Origin: Candidatus Bathyarchaeota archaeon
GTDB taxonomy: Archaea; Thermoproteota; Bathyarchaeia; Bathyarchaeales; Bathycorpusculaceae
Direction of reading: 5' to 3'
Length of the DNA stretch: 64,000 bases
NCBI GenBank assembly: GCA_963806535.1
Contig: CAWDYC010000007.1
Location: 96,001 to 160,000, forward strand
Position numbers and translations under genes: made by a program. Below are positions 37,212 to 47,979 of the stretch, one piece after another. The notes below the pieces were generated by a model. It made no database searches. It was not told where the DNA came from and worked only from the letters and a program-made list of their open reading frames with translations. Position 1 is the stretch's first letter; each line of letters begins with the position of its first letter.

Positions 37212-38153
37212 ATGGGCGAAGGCTCAGGTTATGGAAAAGTAATCTTATTTGGTGAACACTTCGTCGTTCACGGAGTGCCAGGTATCGTTTCAGCTATTGA
37301 TTCAACTACAGACGCTGAAGTCAAAAAAGGCTCGAAAGGGCTTCAAATTAACGATGAACGAAAAACCGCTAAAGGTTATAGCGAAGAAAAACGTCTCCAA
37401 CAAACCGAATCAATCGAGAAAATGCTAAAAGCAATGGGGCTCGATCCGAAAATTGGGCTTGACATTTGGATTGGCGGGACACTTCCAGGCTTTAGCGGGC
37501 TAGGCGCTTCAGCTGCAAGTAGCGTCGCCATCGCAAGAGCCATCGCACAGGAACTTGAAATGCAAATTCCGGATGAAAAAATAAATCAAATCGCATACGA
37601 AGCAGAAAAAGCATATGCTGGCAATCCTTCAGGAATAGATAATACCGCTGCAACTTACGGCGGGTTAATGTGGTTTAAAAAAGATGCGGCGGGCGGACCT
37701 GATAAAATAGAAAAACTTCATGTGCGCAGACCAATCGAGATCGTCATAGGTAGCACAGGCAAAGTGGCAAATACAAAAGCTATGGTCGAAGGCGTGGCGG
37801 AACGAAAAGCAAAGAACCCCCAAAAATACGATCCAATATTTAAACAAGCCGAAAACTTAGCCATTGCTGGTCGAAGAGCATTGGAAGCTTATGATATTAG
37901 AAAAGTCGGCGAGCTAATGAATGAAAACCATCGCCTTCTTCAAGAAATCGGAGTGTCCAGCAAAGAACTCGATATGCTAGTTGAGTTAGCTCGAAAGCAA
38001 GGAGCTTTTGGAGCGAAACTTACGGGTGGTGGCGGTGGAGGTTGTATGGTTGCAATTACGCCGGGAAAAGATTTGCAGGGGAAAGTTCTAAGCGCAATCA
38101 AAAGCCTAGGTTTTGAAGTTTTAAGCACAAAGATTGGTGTAGAAAAATACTGA
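37212..38153 (+). CDS. mvk: Mevalonate kinase
   Basis: GKVILFGEHFVVHG, GLGASAA, PSGIDN, GAKLTGGGGGGC. Confidence 0.93.
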   Translation: MGEGSGYGKVILFGEHFVVHGVPGIVSAIDSTTDAEVKKGSKGLQINDERKTAKGYSEEKRLQQTESIEKMLKAMGLDPKIGLDIWIGGTLPGFSGLGASAASSVAIARAIAQELEMQIPDEKINQIAYEAEKAYAGNPSGIDNTAATYGGLMWFKKDAAGGPDKIEKLHVRRPIEIVIGSTGKVANTKAMVEGVAERKAKNPQKYDPIFKQAENLAIAGRRALEAYDIRKVGELMNENHRLLQEIGVSSKELDMLVELARKQGAFGAKLTGGGGGGCMVAITPGKDLQGKVLSAIKSLGFEVLSTKIGVEKY

Positions 38154-38165
38154 GGCTGATGCAAA

Positions 38166-39473
38166 ATGGGACTTAGAAGCTTTATTGAAGCATTGGATAA
38201 AAAGGGCGAACTAACCAGAATAACAAAACCAGTTTCCACTGAATTTGAGTTAGCAGGCATAATAAACGCTCTGGGAGAGAAACCAGTTTATTTTGAAAAA
38301 ATTAAAGAATCATATTATCCCGTTGTAGCTGGACTTGTTTCCTCAAAAAAACTAATTTCTAACGCTTTGGGAACATCAAAAGACAAATTGCTACCAAAGC
38401 TCTCCGACGCGATTGAACACCCCGTGAAGCCGCAACTCGTCGCGACGGGTAAGTGCCAAGAGGTTGTGGAAACCAACGTTGATTTATCTAGACTGCCAAT
38501 AATGCGTTACACTGAAAAAGATGGCGGAAAATACATAGCTTCTGCAGTAACTATCATAAATGACCCACAGCTGGGCAGAAACATGTGCTTCCACCGCCTT
38601 ATGCTTAAAGACAAAAACCACTTCGTAGCCCGCATCGTAGAAGACAGAGGAACCGACACAGCACTCAAAAAATCAGGCGGCGAACTCGACATAGCAATAT
38701 GCATCGGAAACTCAACGCCTGTACTGTTAGCAGCCGCCACGTCTCTTCCTAAAGGTGTAGATGAATTAGGAATGGCTAATGCGCTCGCAAAAACCGAGTT
38801 GATAAAGTGCAAAACTGTCGATTTAGAAGTCCCAGCAGACACCGAGTTTGTCCTAGAAGGACGCATAACCAAAGAGAAAGCCATAGAGGGACCATTCCTA
38901 GATTTGACAGGTGTTGTCGACAGGGTAAGACAACAACCAGTCGTGGAAATAAAATGTGTTACTCACCGAAAGAATCCCATTTATCAGACTATTCTAGCAG
39001 GAAAGAATGAGCACAAATTTCTAATGGGTATGCCAAAAGAACCAACGATCTACAAAGAAGTTAACAAGGTTTGCCAATGCAAAGACGTTTACATCACACC
39101 CGGAGGATGCAGTTGGCTTCATGCCGTTGTGCAAATCAAAAAGCAAAACGCGGACGATGGTAAAAAAGCAATTGCGGCAGCTTTTGAAGGTCATAAATCG
39201 CTTAAGCATTGCGTTATTGTGGATGAAGACATCAACATTTATGACCCACATGATGTAGAATGGGCAATTGCGACAAGGTTCCAAGCTGACAAAAATGCGG
39301 TTGTTCTGTCAAACCAGCCTGGTTCTTCGCTTGACCCTTCAGGAGATTTAACGGAAGGCAAGAAAGCCACAACCGCCAAAGCGGGCTTAGACGCTACTGC
39401 ACCACTTGTAATAACTGGCAAAGGCTTCAAAAAAGAAGATTACATTAAAGTAGATTTAAACAAGTATATGTGA
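38166..39473 (+). CDS. UbiD-family decarboxylase, likely trans-anhydromevalonate 5-phosphate decarboxylase
   Basis: DGGKYI, HRLM, EFVLEG, EGPF, VDEDI..VEWAIATR. Located between mvk and the AcnX genes. Confidence 0.85.
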   Translation: MGLRSFIEALDKKGELTRITKPVSTEFELAGIINALGEKPVYFEKIKESYYPVVAGLVSSKKLISNALGTSKDKLLPKLSDAIEHPVKPQLVATGKCQEVVETNVDLSRLPIMRYTEKDGGKYIASAVTIINDPQLGRNMCFHRLMLKDKNHFVARIVEDRGTDTALKKSGGELDIAICIGNSTPVLLAAATSLPKGVDELGMANALAKTELIKCKTVDLEVPADTEFVLEGRITKEKAIEGPFLDLTGVVDRVRQQPVVEIKCVTHRKNPIYQTILAGKNEHKFLMGMPKEPTIYKEVNKVCQCKDVYITPGGCSWLHAVVQIKKQNADDGKKAIAAAFEGHKSLKHCVIVDEDINIYDPHDVEWAIATRFQADKNAVVLSNQPGSSLDPSGDLTEGKKATTAKAGLDATAPLVITGKGFKKEDYIKVDLNKYM

Positions 39474-40678
39474 CCCATATGGAATTAACTAAACAAGAAC
39501 AGAAAATGCTTGAAGGCGCGGAAGGCTACGCTGTCCAGAAAAGCATGGAAATTCTCGTTGCCCTCGGCGAAATATTCGGCGCAAAGAGCCTAATCAAGGT
39601 CGGCAGCGTACAAGTCGCAGGAGTATCCTACCACAACCTGGGAGATGCAGGCTTAGAATTCCTCAATGAGTTAGCAAAAGACGGCAGAGTCAAAGTGTTA
39701 ACCACCCTGAACCCAGCAGGAATGGACCTAGAAAATTGGCAACAACTCGGAATTAGTCCAGAGTTTGCTGAAAAACAAAACCTTGTAATTGACGCTTTCA
39801 AACGCATGGGCATACTAATCAGCTGCACCTGCACTCCTTACTTGATTGGAAATTTACCGCTCTACGGCGAGCATGTTGCATGGTCAGAAAGCTCAGCAGT
39901 TACATTTGCAAACTCAGTGCTGGGCGCCAAAACGAATCGGGAAGGAGGACCATCTGCATTGGCGGCTGCTTTTGTGGGCAAAACACCTTGCTATGGTTTG
40001 CATTTGGATGAGAACCGTATTCCCGATGTTCATGTGCAAGTAAAAGCTGAAATAGCGAAGCTTTCAGATTGGGGAGCCTTGGGCTATGCCATCGGTAAAA
40101 AAGCAGAAAATAAAATTTCCTACATTACCGGCATAAAATCGGTTGACCTTGATGAGCTCAAGTCTTTTTGTGCTTCCGTTGTGACTTATGGCGCGAAACC
40201 TCTTTTTTACATGAAAGGTGTTACACCTGGAGCCGAATTGCAGAAGCAACCAAAAGAAACAATAACAATTGAGCAAGCTGACATCAAAAATGCTTACGAT
40301 AACATTAACGATGAAGTAAGCGATATTGAACTTGTCTGCGTCGGTTGTCCCCATTGTTCAATTAATGAAATCGCCAAAGTCGCGGAGTTGCTGAAAGGCA
40401 AAAGTGTGGCTGATGATACAGAGTTTTGGGTTGCGACTTCAAGATCGGCTAAGCAGTTGGCAGATAAAAGAGGTTACACCCAAGTCATTGAAGCGGCTGG
40501 AGCCAAGTTTGCCTGCGACACATGCATGGCAGTTGCACCATTAAAAGGAAGATTCAAATCGTTAGCAACAACCTCGGCTAAAGGCTGCTTTTATTCAAGA
40601 CAGAATAACATGAAAACAAAAATGGGAAGCATTGAAGAGTGCGTATCGGCAGCGGTGACTGGAAAATGGAACAGCTAA
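39470..40678 (+). CDS. Aconitase X large subunit (DUF521), likely phosphomevalonate dehydratase large subunit
   Basis: TTLNPAG, SCTCTPY, AWSESSA, NREGGP, GCPHCS, DTCM, TTSAKG. Confidence 0.88.
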   Translation: MTHMELTKQEQKMLEGAEGYAVQKSMEILVALGEIFGAKSLIKVGSVQVAGVSYHNLGDAGLEFLNELAKDGRVKVLTTLNPAGMDLENWQQLGISPEFAEKQNLVIDAFKRMGILISCTCTPYLIGNLPLYGEHVAWSESSAVTFANSVLGAKTNREGGPSALAAAFVGKTPCYGLHLDENRIPDVHVQVKAEIAKLSDWGALGYAIGKKAENKISYITGIKSVDLDELKSFCASVVTYGAKPLFYMKGVTPGAELQKQPKETITIEQADIKNAYDNINDEVSDIELVCVGCPHCSINEIAKVAELLKGKSVADDTEFWVATSRSAKQLADKRGYTQVIEAAGAKFACDTCMAVAPLKGRFKSLATTSAKGCFYSRQNNMKTKMGSIEECVSAAVTGKWNS

Positions 40679-41052
40679 AAGGCAGATTAATCTCAAAAGG
40701 CAAGGGCGAAGGAGAAGCCCTCGTAACTTCACAGTCCATATCATTCTACGGCGGAGTAGACCCAAATACAGGTATAGTTATCGAAAAAGGACATGAACTA
40801 CAGGGACAATGCATCAAAGGCAAAATCCTCGTTTTTCCCCAAGGAAAAGGCTCAACAGTTGGATCATACACACTCTACCGAATGAAGAAAAACGGCACCG
40901 CACCAGCAGGTATGATAAACAAGGAATGCGAAACAATAGTTGCTGTCGGAGCCATTATCAGCGAAATCCCATGCGTTGACAAAATTGACATCTCCAAAAT
41001 CAAAACAGGCAACAAAGTCACAATAGAAAATGGGATTGTTACCATTTTTTAG
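40666..41052 (+). CDS. Aconitase X swivel subunit (DUF126), phosphomevalonate dehydratase small subunit
   Basis: ISFYGGVDPNTG, GKGSTVGSY, GAIISEIP. Confidence 0.88.
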   Translation: MEQLKGRLISKGKGEGEALVTSQSISFYGGVDPNTGIVIEKGHELQGQCIKGKILVFPQGKGSTVGSYTLYRMKKNGTAPAGMINKECETIVAVGAIISEIPCVDKIDISKIKTGNKVTIENGIVTIF

Positions 41053-41804
41053 TTTTTTTCTTAATTTTTGTTGAAAAACTTTTTTCACTAACTATTTGGG
41101 ACCGCTTACGTTGTAACCGCATGCCTCAATAACTCAGCCATTTCCTGCAAAAGAAAATGGCCACCAAAAGCAATCTTATGCCGCCTAGCCACAGCACCAT
41201 AGCGGTCTTGTTTTCCTTTTTTGCGCTCACTCATAAGATCATTTTTGCTATTTTATGTTAGTTTCATTAGTTTTTGATTTGAAATTGAACTTAGGGGTTC
41301 AAAAATTTGATTGTTTTAAGAGGCAAATAAGGTTAGATTGGGCTTGAAATTGAAAATCTGGTTGAAACTGGTTCTAAGCGGTTCGAGATTTTGAACTGTT
41401 TCTATGGTTTAGCGTAGTGTTGTTTGAACTTGAGGTATGTTGAGAATTTGCGAGTTAGGGTTATCTACAGAGTTTTTGGTGTGTTGGAAAAATTTTTTTG
41501 CTGACGGGCGTTCGAAATGGCTTTTAAGAGATAAATCCATTGCCGGTTTGCTAGAAAAGTGATGTGATGCTTCCGAGTTTAATGTACCGTGGTTCGTTGT
41601 CGAATGAGGGTCTGCATAAGGAAAGCTTAGTTTCTTTCAGCACCTCTATAATTTCAATGGTTGCATAGAGCAAAAGATTTTTCGAAGCCTATGAGCATAC
41701 GCTGACGTTATAAGATTTATCTAGGCCACAGCTTTGCTTCGATAACGTTCTCGGTAATGCTTTTCAATAAGTGCTCTAATATCAAATGTAAAGGTGCAAA
41801 TAAA

Positions 41805-42608
41805 TTGAATGATACGAAACCAGTAATCCTAAAAATTGGCGGCTCAGCCATCACCGACAAAGCAGAACAATTAGCTGCAAAAACTGAAATCATAAACCGC
41901 TTAGCGGAAGAAATCAAGCGGGCAGATCTTGATAACTTGATTATTGTTCATGGAGGAGGCAGTTTTGGCCACCCGACAGCGGCAAAATATAGCATAAAAG
42001 AAGGGTACAAAGAAGATCCAACACAAAAACTAGGTTTTGCTGAAACTCACCATGTCATGACTGTCCTGAATGGCTTAGTTATGGATGCTCTTATTTGGCA
42101 TGAAGTTGCAGCACTTAGCATTGCACCCGAATGTTGTATTATGACTGATAACGGTAAGATAAAATATTTTGATGAAACCGTGTTTAATGCGATGCAGAAA
42201 ATGATGTTTACACCAGTTATGTATGGCGATGCAGTTTTGGACGATAAATTAGGCTTCACAATTCTCTCCGGTGACCAGTTGGTTGCTTATTTGGCAATCA
42301 AATATAAGGCCTCAAAAATTGTACTTGGCGTTGATACAGACGGATTATTTGATTGTGACCCGAAAACAAATCCCGATGCAAAACCCTACAAGCACTTAAC
42401 TTTGACGGAGCTAAAACAAATTCAGCCTAAAATCGTCAAAGCAGCAGGTACAGACGTTACCGGCGGCATGGCAGGTAAAATCTCTGAACTTATCCCAGCC
42501 ATAGAACAAGGGGTACGAGTTACGATTACTGGAGCAACAAAAGGATTATCGATTTACAGGGCGTTAACGGACCAAAGTGTCTTAGGCACTGAAATTGAGA
42601 AGGCCTAA
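41805..42608 (+). CDS. ipk: Isopentenyl phosphate kinase
   Basis: LKIGGSAITDK, VHGGGSFGH, LSGD, DVTGGM.GK. Confidence 0.9.
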   Translation: MNDTKPVILKIGGSAITDKAEQLAAKTEIINRLAEEIKRADLDNLIIVHGGGSFGHPTAAKYSIKEGYKEDPTQKLGFAETHHVMTVLNGLVMDALIWHEVAALSIAPECCIMTDNGKIKYFDETVFNAMQKMMFTPVMYGDAVLDDKLGFTILSGDQLVAYLAIKYKASKIVLGVDTDGLFDCDPKTNPDAKPYKHLTLTELKQIQPKIVKAAGTDVTGGMAGKISELIPAIEQGVRVTITGATKGLSIYRALTDQSVLGTEIEKA

Positions 42609-42609
42609 G

Positions 42610-43707
42610 ATGACGGAGACAACGGGCAAACGCAAAGCAGATCACATAAGGATTTGCTTAGAAAAAAAAGCGCAAGCCCGAAAAGCAACCGCGGGCTTTG
42701 AGGACATCCAACTAGTCCACCGATCCCTGCCAGAGGTCAATAAAGAAAAGATCGACTTATCCACCTCTTTCTTGGGCAAGAAGTTCTCAGCTCCTTTAAT
42801 TGTTGGCGCTATGACAGGTGGAACAGAGGAAGCCACAAAAATAAACGCTTCAATCGCCGAAGCTATTGAAAACCTCCATCTGGGAATGGGCGTGGGAAGC
42901 CAAAGAGTAGCTATTGAGGATAAGAAACTCGAAAAAACGTTTTCGGTTGCTCGCAAAAAAGCGCCCACTGCCTTCTTAATCGCCAACATTGGCGGCGCAC
43001 AACTTGTCCGTGGATACGGCTTAAAAGAAATCAAAAAAGCCATCGAAATGATTGATGCAGATGCATTGGCGGTTCACTTGAATGCTGTGCAGGAAACCCT
43101 TCAGCCTGAAGGACAAACCAACTTCAAAGGCGTTTTGGCTAAAATAGGTGAAATCGCAGGCAAACTTGACAAGCCCGTCATTGTTAAAGAAACTGGTTGC
43201 GGTATTTCGGGGGAAGACGCAAAATCGCTTGAAGATGCGGGCGTAAAAGCCATCGACATCGGAGGCGTAGGCGGCACAAGTTTCGCAGCAGTAGAATTTT
43301 ACCGTAGTAGCCAAAAAGGGATGGGTGAACTTTTCTGGGATTGGGGCATCCCGACAATAGTAAGCCTAATTGAAGCGACGCAAACAATAAAGATTCCAGT
43401 TATTGCGTCTGGCGGAGTGCGAAACGGGTTAGACATCGCTAAATCGTTAGCATTAAACGCGAAGTTAGCCAGTGTTAGTCAGCCTGTGCTAGAAGTTGCA
43501 GTCAAAGGAACAAAAGAAACAGAGACTTTACTTTCCAGTTTGATAGCCGAATTGCAAAATGTTATGTTTCTTGTGGGCGCTGAGAACCTTGAAGCATTAG
43601 CTAAAGTGCCTTTGGTCATCGGTGGAAAAACTTCAGATTGGCTCAACATCCGAGATTATGACACGGTCAGTTATGCGCAGAGGAGCACAGTTGCATTTGA
43701 ATATTGA
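42610..43707 (+). CDS. fni: Type 2 isopentenyl-diphosphate delta-isomerase
   Basis: RKADHI, MTGG, GVGSQR, HLN..QE..QPEG, VKETG.G, GGTSFAAVE, DWGIPT. Confidence 0.95.
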   Translation: MTETTGKRKADHIRICLEKKAQARKATAGFEDIQLVHRSLPEVNKEKIDLSTSFLGKKFSAPLIVGAMTGGTEEATKINASIAEAIENLHLGMGVGSQRVAIEDKKLEKTFSVARKKAPTAFLIANIGGAQLVRGYGLKEIKKAIEMIDADALAVHLNAVQETLQPEGQTNFKGVLAKIGEIAGKLDKPVIVKETGCGISGEDAKSLEDAGVKAIDIGGVGGTSFAAVEFYRSSQKGMGELFWDWGIPTIVSLIEATQTIKIPVIASGGVRNGLDIAKSLALNAKLASVSQPVLEVAVKGTKETETLLSSLIAELQNVMFLVGAENLEALAKVPLVIGGKTSDWLNIRDYDTVSYAQRSTVAFEY

Positions 43708-44767
43708 AAAGTTTCTAGAGGAAAAAGCTCCTCTAATCGACAAGGCAATTGAAAAGTATATTCCCCGAAAATTCAGCAAAAACTCAGTTCTCTTCAAAGT
43801 AAATCCGCCAATGTACAGCTACAATCTAGAACCCCTCAACAAAGCAATTTCAGAACCAATTTGGGATATGTTGGACCGAGGCGGAAAAAGATGGCGACCA
43901 GCCCTATTTCTACTAATATGTGAAGCCCTCGGAAAAAAAGCTGATTACTGCTTAGATTTCTCCATCATCCCCGAGGTCATTCACAACGGCACACTAGTCA
44001 TTGACGACATAGAAGACTCCTCCGAACTACGCCGAGGCAAACCATGTACTTACAAGATTTTCCAAATGGACATTGCCGTTAATGCAGGAAACGCCATGTA
44101 CTATCTACCGCTCCTTCCAATAATGGCGCAAAGGGCAGAACTTACACCTGAAGTGCAGCGTGATGTGTACGAAGTCTACATTCAGGAAATGATTAACCTC
44201 AGCATGGGGCAAGCTATGGATATTGCTTGGCACAGAGATCTTGCAAACGCAGATGAATTAAGCGAAGATGATTACCTACAGATGTGCGCTTACAAAACAG
44301 GTACTCTTGCTCGAATGGCAGCGAAAATGGCAGCAGTTCTGTCAGGTGCAGATATGTTTTTGGTGGAGAAGCTGGGGCATTTTGCCGAAAGTATTGGTGT
44401 TGCCTTTCAAATGCAAGACGACATTTTGGATCTAATTGGAGAAGAGTTTGCAAAGAAGAAGGGCGGTGTCGGGCAAGATATTACTGAAGGCAAAAGAAGC
44501 TTATTGGTTATTTACACATTGGAAAAAGCCAATAAGGCTGACAGAAAACGGCTAATTGAAATTTTGAATATGCACACTTCAAACCAAGCTTTTCGCGACG
44601 AAGCAATATCATTAATACAAAAATACGGTGCCTTTGAACGCGTTAAACGTACTGCTGAAAGGATGGTTGCTGAAAGCTGGAAAGAAGCTGAAAAGCTTCT
44701 GCCAACGCCTGAAGCTAAGGAAAAATTAAAAGAGTTCGCTGAATTCTTGATTAAAAGAAACAAATAG
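43697..44767 (+). CDS. Polyprenyl (geranylgeranyl) diphosphate synthase
   Basis: GGKRWRP, DDIED..RRG, GQAMD, YKTG, FQMQDDILD, DITEGK. Confidence 0.92.
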   Translation: MNIEKFLEEKAPLIDKAIEKYIPRKFSKNSVLFKVNPPMYSYNLEPLNKAISEPIWDMLDRGGKRWRPALFLLICEALGKKADYCLDFSIIPEVIHNGTLVIDDIEDSSELRRGKPCTYKIFQMDIAVNAGNAMYYLPLLPIMAQRAELTPEVQRDVYEVYIQEMINLSMGQAMDIAWHRDLANADELSEDDYLQMCAYKTGTLARMAAKMAAVLSGADMFLVEKLGHFAESIGVAFQMQDDILDLIGEEFAKKKGGVGQDITEGKRSLLVIYTLEKANKADRKRLIEILNMHTSNQAFRDEAISLIQKYGAFERVKRTAERMVAESWKEAEKLLPTPEAKEKLKEFAEFLIKRNK

Positions 44768-44788
44768 GTTTCAGCGAGCGTAAAAGGA

Positions 44789-46540
44789 TTGTCATTAGAA
44801 AACGATAATGAACTTAAGGAGTTTATTCGCAAAGCGGCTTTGCTTAACGCAGTTTCTCATGACGGGAAAGCCCAAGCAGGCGCCTTAGTCGGCAAGGTTC
44901 TTGGCGAAAGACAAGACCTCAGATCCAAAGTAAAAGAGCTGTCTACAATAATCAATGCTGTTGTAAACGAAGTTAACCTCCTTTCATTGGCAGAGCAGAA
45001 ATCAATTGTTGAAGAAAAATGGCCTGAAACCCAGAAGAAAGAAAAAGCTGAAGAAAAGAAGCTCCCGCCTTTGCCCTACGCAGACAAATATCCGAAAATC
45101 GTCACACGATTTTCTCCTAACCCTGATTGTGTTCTGCATTTGGGTTCCGCAAGAGCCATCCTTTTGAGCCATGAATACGCCCGCATATACAATGGCAAAT
45201 TTATTTTACGCTTCGAAGACACTGATCCTAAAATTAAGAGACCGTCTTTGGAGTTTTATGACAGCATTAGGCAGGATTTGAAGTGGCTTGGCTGCAAAGT
45301 TGATGAGGAATACATCCAAAGCGATCGCCTTCCAATCTATTATGAATATACTGAGCGGCTGGTCCAAGAAGGCCATGCGTATGTTTGCGAGTGCCCTACT
45401 GAAGAGTTCCGCAAGAAAATCTTAGCCAAAGAACCCTGCCCATGCCGAGTTTTGCCTGCTGCAGAGAATTTGGAGCGTTGGCACCGCATGTTAAACGGCG
45501 ACTATACAGAAGGTCAAGCTGTGGTCCGTGTTAAAACCGACCTTGAAAATCCTAATCCTGCAGTTCGAGATTGGCCAGCCTTAAGAGTTATCGACACAAA
45601 AAAGTATCCGCATCCACGGGTTGGAAGCAAATACATTGTTTGGCCACTCTACAATTTAGCAGCGGGGTTAGATGACCATTTGATGGGTATGACTCACATC
45701 ATCCGAGGTAAAGAGCACTACACTAACATGGTTCGGCAAAAATACATGTATGAATATTTTGGCTGGAAATATCCTGAAGCCATTCACTATGGAAGACTCA
45801 AAATTACAGGCGCGTTCTTGAGCAAATCAAAGATTGTTCAAGGAATAAAGGAAGGCTGCTATGCAGGATTTGATGATCCACGGCTTGGCACATTCGCAGC
45901 TCTAAGAAAGCGAGGTATAACTCCTGAAGCTATCAAAAAAATGATTATTGACGTAGGCATAAAATCTAATGATGTAACATTAAGCTGGGAGAACCTGTTT
46001 TCTTACAACCGCAAAATCCTCGACGCCACTAGCAACAGGTACTTCTTTGTTTCAGAGCCAATTAAACTTAAAGTCCTGCATGTACCAAAGACTTTCAACT
46101 CCAAGCTTCCGTTGCACCCAGACAAACCTGAATGGGGCTTCAGGGAATACACGGTAGCACCTGAAGGAGATGAAAAATCCGTGCTTTTCTGGATTTCCAA
46201 AAAGGATGCTGACGCAATTGAAAACGGCAAAATAATCAGGCTTATGGAACTCTTCAACATCAAAATTGAAAGTAAAACGGGCAATTCAGTAGCCGCAACA
46301 TTTGCAAGTGAATTCTATGAAGACGTAAGAAAAATTAAAGTTCAGCTTATTCAATGGATTCCAAAAGGCGAGGAATTTCCATGCCAAGTGGTTATGCCTG
46401 ATGCTTCAGTAACTGAAGGTTTTGCTGAAAGTGCTTGCAAAAAGTTAAAGCCAGACGCTATTATACAGTTTGAACGCTTCGGATTCACAAGAATAGACGA
46501 AGTAAACCAAAAAATAATAGCCTATTACGCTCATAAATAA
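44789..46540 (+). CDS. gltX: Glutamate--tRNA ligase (archaeal type)
   Basis: RFSPNP..LHLG, LRFEDTDP, IIRGKEH, LSKS, QFERFGF. Confidence 0.95.
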   Translation: MSLENDNELKEFIRKAALLNAVSHDGKAQAGALVGKVLGERQDLRSKVKELSTIINAVVNEVNLLSLAEQKSIVEEKWPETQKKEKAEEKKLPPLPYADKYPKIVTRFSPNPDCVLHLGSARAILLSHEYARIYNGKFILRFEDTDPKIKRPSLEFYDSIRQDLKWLGCKVDEEYIQSDRLPIYYEYTERLVQEGHAYVCECPTEEFRKKILAKEPCPCRVLPAAENLERWHRMLNGDYTEGQAVVRVKTDLENPNPAVRDWPALRVIDTKKYPHPRVGSKYIVWPLYNLAAGLDDHLMGMTHIIRGKEHYTNMVRQKYMYEYFGWKYPEAIHYGRLKITGAFLSKSKIVQGIKEGCYAGFDDPRLGTFAALRKRGITPEAIKKMIIDVGIKSNDVTLSWENLFSYNRKILDATSNRYFFVSEPIKLKVLHVPKTFNSKLPLHPDKPEWGFREYTVAPEGDEKSVLFWISKKDADAIENGKIIRLMELFNIKIESKTGNSVAATFASEFYEDVRKIKVQLIQWIPKGEEFPCQVVMPDASVTEGFAESACKKLKPDAIIQFERFGFTRIDEVNQKIIAYYAHK

Positions 46541-46554
46541 ATGGTGTAACTGAC

Positions 46555-46857
46555 ATGAGAAAACTAGATAAAGCGATAATTTGGCCAATCTACTTTGACA
46601 CTTCAAAAACCCGAAAGGAAGGCCGCAGGGTACCAAAAAATTTGGCAGTGCAATCGCCAAAAATCGTTGAACTCAAAGAAGCAACCGACAAAATAGGTTT
46701 AAAAAATGAGATAAAACTTGAAGCACATTTTCCCAAAACTCATTGGGCTAAGACGGGCATGTTGCTTGTTGAGAAGAAAGAAGCAAAAGAGAAGATTATT
46801 CAGAAGATAGCAAAACAATTAGTGAGAATTAAAAATCAGCAACAGCAAACAAGGTAG
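46555..46857 (+). CDS. srp19: Signal recognition particle protein SRP19
   Basis: IWPIYFD..KTRKEGRRVPK.LAV..P. Confidence 0.92.
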   Translation: MRKLDKAIIWPIYFDTSKTRKEGRRVPKNLAVQSPKIVELKEATDKIGLKNEIKLEAHFPKTHWAKTGMLLVEKKEAKEKIIQKIAKQLVRIKNQQQQTR

Positions 46858-46869
46858 TAAAGAAAATTT

Positions 46870-47265
46870 TTATGCTTTTTCTTTGCCTGCAATCAAGACT
46901 GCGTTGATTACGCCGTCCTTGCCTGGGCGACTGGTAACTTTTGCCTGACCTAGTGCGGTTTCGATTTCTGCGCCTTTAGTAATCACGCCTCTTCTGTTGA
47001 AGTCAACGTTTGCGCCGTTTTTCACAACATTTGTAATCTCAGTTTTCGTTGTCTTACCAGTTTTAGGGTCAGTAACAGAAGCGAATTTGTCAGTTAAAAC
47101 TTTGACTTTAGTGTTGCCGCCTAAGCCTCTTGTACTTTTTCTTTTTGGTTCGCCAAGAACGGTTTCTGCTGCATATCCACCAGTTTCATATTTTTTCTTT
47201 GATCTGTAAGCTCTTTTTTTGCCGCCTGAGAGTTTTCTTTTGTATATACTGCTATGGAAAGCCAT
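46870..47265 (-). CDS. rps8e: 30S ribosomal protein S8e
   Basis: KRKLSGGK, RGLGGN.K, RRGVITKGA, VTSRPGKDGVINAVL. Confidence 0.95.
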   Translation of the reverse strand: MAFHSSIYKRKLSGGKKRAYRSKKKYETGGYAAETVLGEPKRKSTRGLGGNTKVKVLTDKFASVTDPKTGKTTKTEITNVVKNGANVDFNRRGVITKGAEIETALGQAKVTSRPGKDGVINAVLIAGKEKA

Positions 47266-47379
47266 ATTTTACATTTCCTTTTATATTATTATCTAATTCG
47301 AGAGTCACTAAAACGGTTAATTTCCATATAAACGTATCCGTTTTAAAGATAGAGCTTCTTGGCCAAGAAATGTTCCTTA

Positions 47380-47979
47380 TTACTTTTCTAGTTCGTCTTT
47401 TAAGGCTTCACCAAAAATCTTCTTCAGGTTTTTCTTCATCTCAGTTATATCATTCGGTAAGCCGAAATAGTCAGCAAAGTCACTAGTGGTTTTCAACGCC
47501 ATTGAACGTCCGCTTTTTTCCGCCTGAATTAAACGCCTTTCCTTTAACTCCTTTATATGGCCATATGCGTGTTGACCCCTAACGTCAATTACCCTTTTTT
47601 GGGAAATTGGCTGCCTGAGGGCAATGTAAGAAAGCGTTTTTAATGGTCCAGAAGACAGTAATGGGCGATTCACGAGTTTTTGGATTAAATGAGTATATTC
47701 TGCCTTAACCTGAAGTACATAGCGTTCATCTTTTAGGGCTAATATTTCCAACGATGTATTTCTTGCATTATATTCTTGAATTAGCGTTTCAGCGTACTTC
47801 ATCGCTTTCTTTTTTGAGCGGCTACCGATGACTTGGCACAATTCGTTAACATCCAGGGGGCGACCGGCAACAAATAATGCGGCTTCCATAAGAGCAATGC
47901 AATGGGCTCTTCGCTGAATATCCTGCGCTTGCTCCGCTTCAGCGCTTAAATCAACTGGTTGTTCCTTGGGCTTTTCCAA
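47380..47979 (-). CDS. scpB: SMC-Scp complex subunit ScpB
   Basis: EAALFVAGRPL, LKTLSYIALRQPI, RG, TT.DF.DYFGL. Confidence 0.92.
   Translation of the reverse strand: MEKPKEQPVDLSAEAEQAQDIQRRAHCIALMEAALFVAGRPLDVNELCQVIGSRSKKKAMKYAETLIQEYNARNTSLEILALKDERYVLQVKAEYTHLIQKLVNRPLLSSGPLKTLSYIALRQPISQKRVIDVRGQHAYGHIKELKERRLIQAEKSGRSMALKTTSDFADYFGLPNDITEMKKNLKKIFGEALKDELEK

Noticed and set aside
38166-41052. Ubiquinone-pathway UbiD and TCA-cycle aconitase
   Set aside because: Position between mvk and ipk matches the archaeal mevalonate pathway enzymes.
41106-41234. 42-aa minus-strand ORF (MSERKKGKQDRYG...)
   Set aside because: Short, no recognisable motif; not enough support to call.
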